Below, in pieces: positions 63,471-64,000 of a stretch of 64,000 bases of DNA. How positions within the stretch are numbered: the stretch's first letter is position 1; each line of letters starts with the position of its first letter. Both the position numbers and the translations under genes were made by a program. This DNA comes from Mayamaea pseudoterrestris (Eukaryota), in contig BROI01000003.1 in assembly GCA_027923505.1 (NCBI GenBank), positions 1,426,001 through 1,490,000 of the forward strand, in the 5' to 3' direction. The notes under the pieces were generated by a model, which made no database searches, was not told the origin of the DNA, and saw only the letters and a program-made list of their open reading frames with translations.

Positions 63471-64000
63471 AAACTGCCGATTTAATCGAACGACAGATGA
63501 CGAAGTATACGAAAGATGAAAGTAATCGGACACGAGCTTAATTGAAACCGAACGATCCGCCATACAAAGGAAGTTCAAGTAACGCTCTCGCCGAATGAGA
63601 CGGAACGACGACGTCGGAGCTTCGCGATCATGAAGAAGGACGATCCGATAACGATCGCAGAGTATGGACTCAAGCACGGCTTACCTGGACACAGGGATGG
63701 AAGCAGCTGAGATTACACTCGGAAGCGAAAGAAGTTTCCGACAGATGTACAGGCAAAAAAAATCGAAAGCAAACGGGTACGCTACAATTTCGCGGCGCGA
63801 AGGGCGCGCAATTATAAAGATGGAAAGTCTCGACGAGATCAACGGCAACATCGCATGAGATGCATTGGCACGAATTAAATTAAACTCGCCAGAAAATATT
63901 ACCACACGTTCAGATCAAGGAGTCGGTATTGCGTGGGCGCGGGGGAAACGAATAAACGTGCACATGAATTGTCAAGCACGATTTGTGAGAAACAGGAGGA
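63471..64000 (+). mobile_element. Indel-rich Copia internal segment resuming at the point where copy 1 stops
   Basis: Colinear with about 58434-59030 (GATTTAATCGAACGACAGATG..., GATCATGAAGAAGGACGATCCG...). Confidence 0.82.

Noticed and set aside
61705..64000. An ancient diverged retrotransposon subfamily
   Set aside because: Differences are mostly 1-3-nt indels with CpGs retained, typical of unpolished long-read sequence
1..64000. tRNA or rRNA genes
   Set aside because: None recognised by eye; tRNAscan-SE/Infernal would be needed to exclude small RNAs

Overview
Gene-dense eukaryotic nuclear DNA, almost certainly from a diatom and probably a pennate one. The evidence is short GT-AG introns of about 75-155 nt, bipartite plastid presequences with an ASAF-like cleavage motif, a zeaxanthin epoxidase of the diatom ZEP2 type, and a CoDi-like Ty1/Copia element. 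Positions 1-49.2 kb hold about 29 protein genes, often in tight head-to-head pairs, interrupted by a 3.3-kb CpG-depleted mosaic of nucleosome-length tandem repeats (23.1-26.4 kb). Positions 49.4-64 kb hold a 50-bp repeat/hairpin segment followed by a stack of Copia LTR-retrotransposon copies (a 4152-bp duplication, a possible self-nested insertion, and a low-quality tail). The best candidates for new biology are: (1) an apparently organelle-targeted fusion of an MJ1316 RNA-end-recognition domain with a GGQ ribosome-rescue release-factor domain; (2) a TTL-type ATP-grasp ligase fused to a class-V PLP enzyme lacking the desulfurase cysteine; (3) the satellite mosaic, a centromere/heterochromatin candidate; (4) a selenocysteine GPx missed by the ORF track, with only a non-canonical SECIS candidate; (5) two short phased repeat arrays, one multiplying TGACGT sites and one ending in twin GNA-loop hairpins. 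All family calls come from motif recognition by eye; no searches were run.
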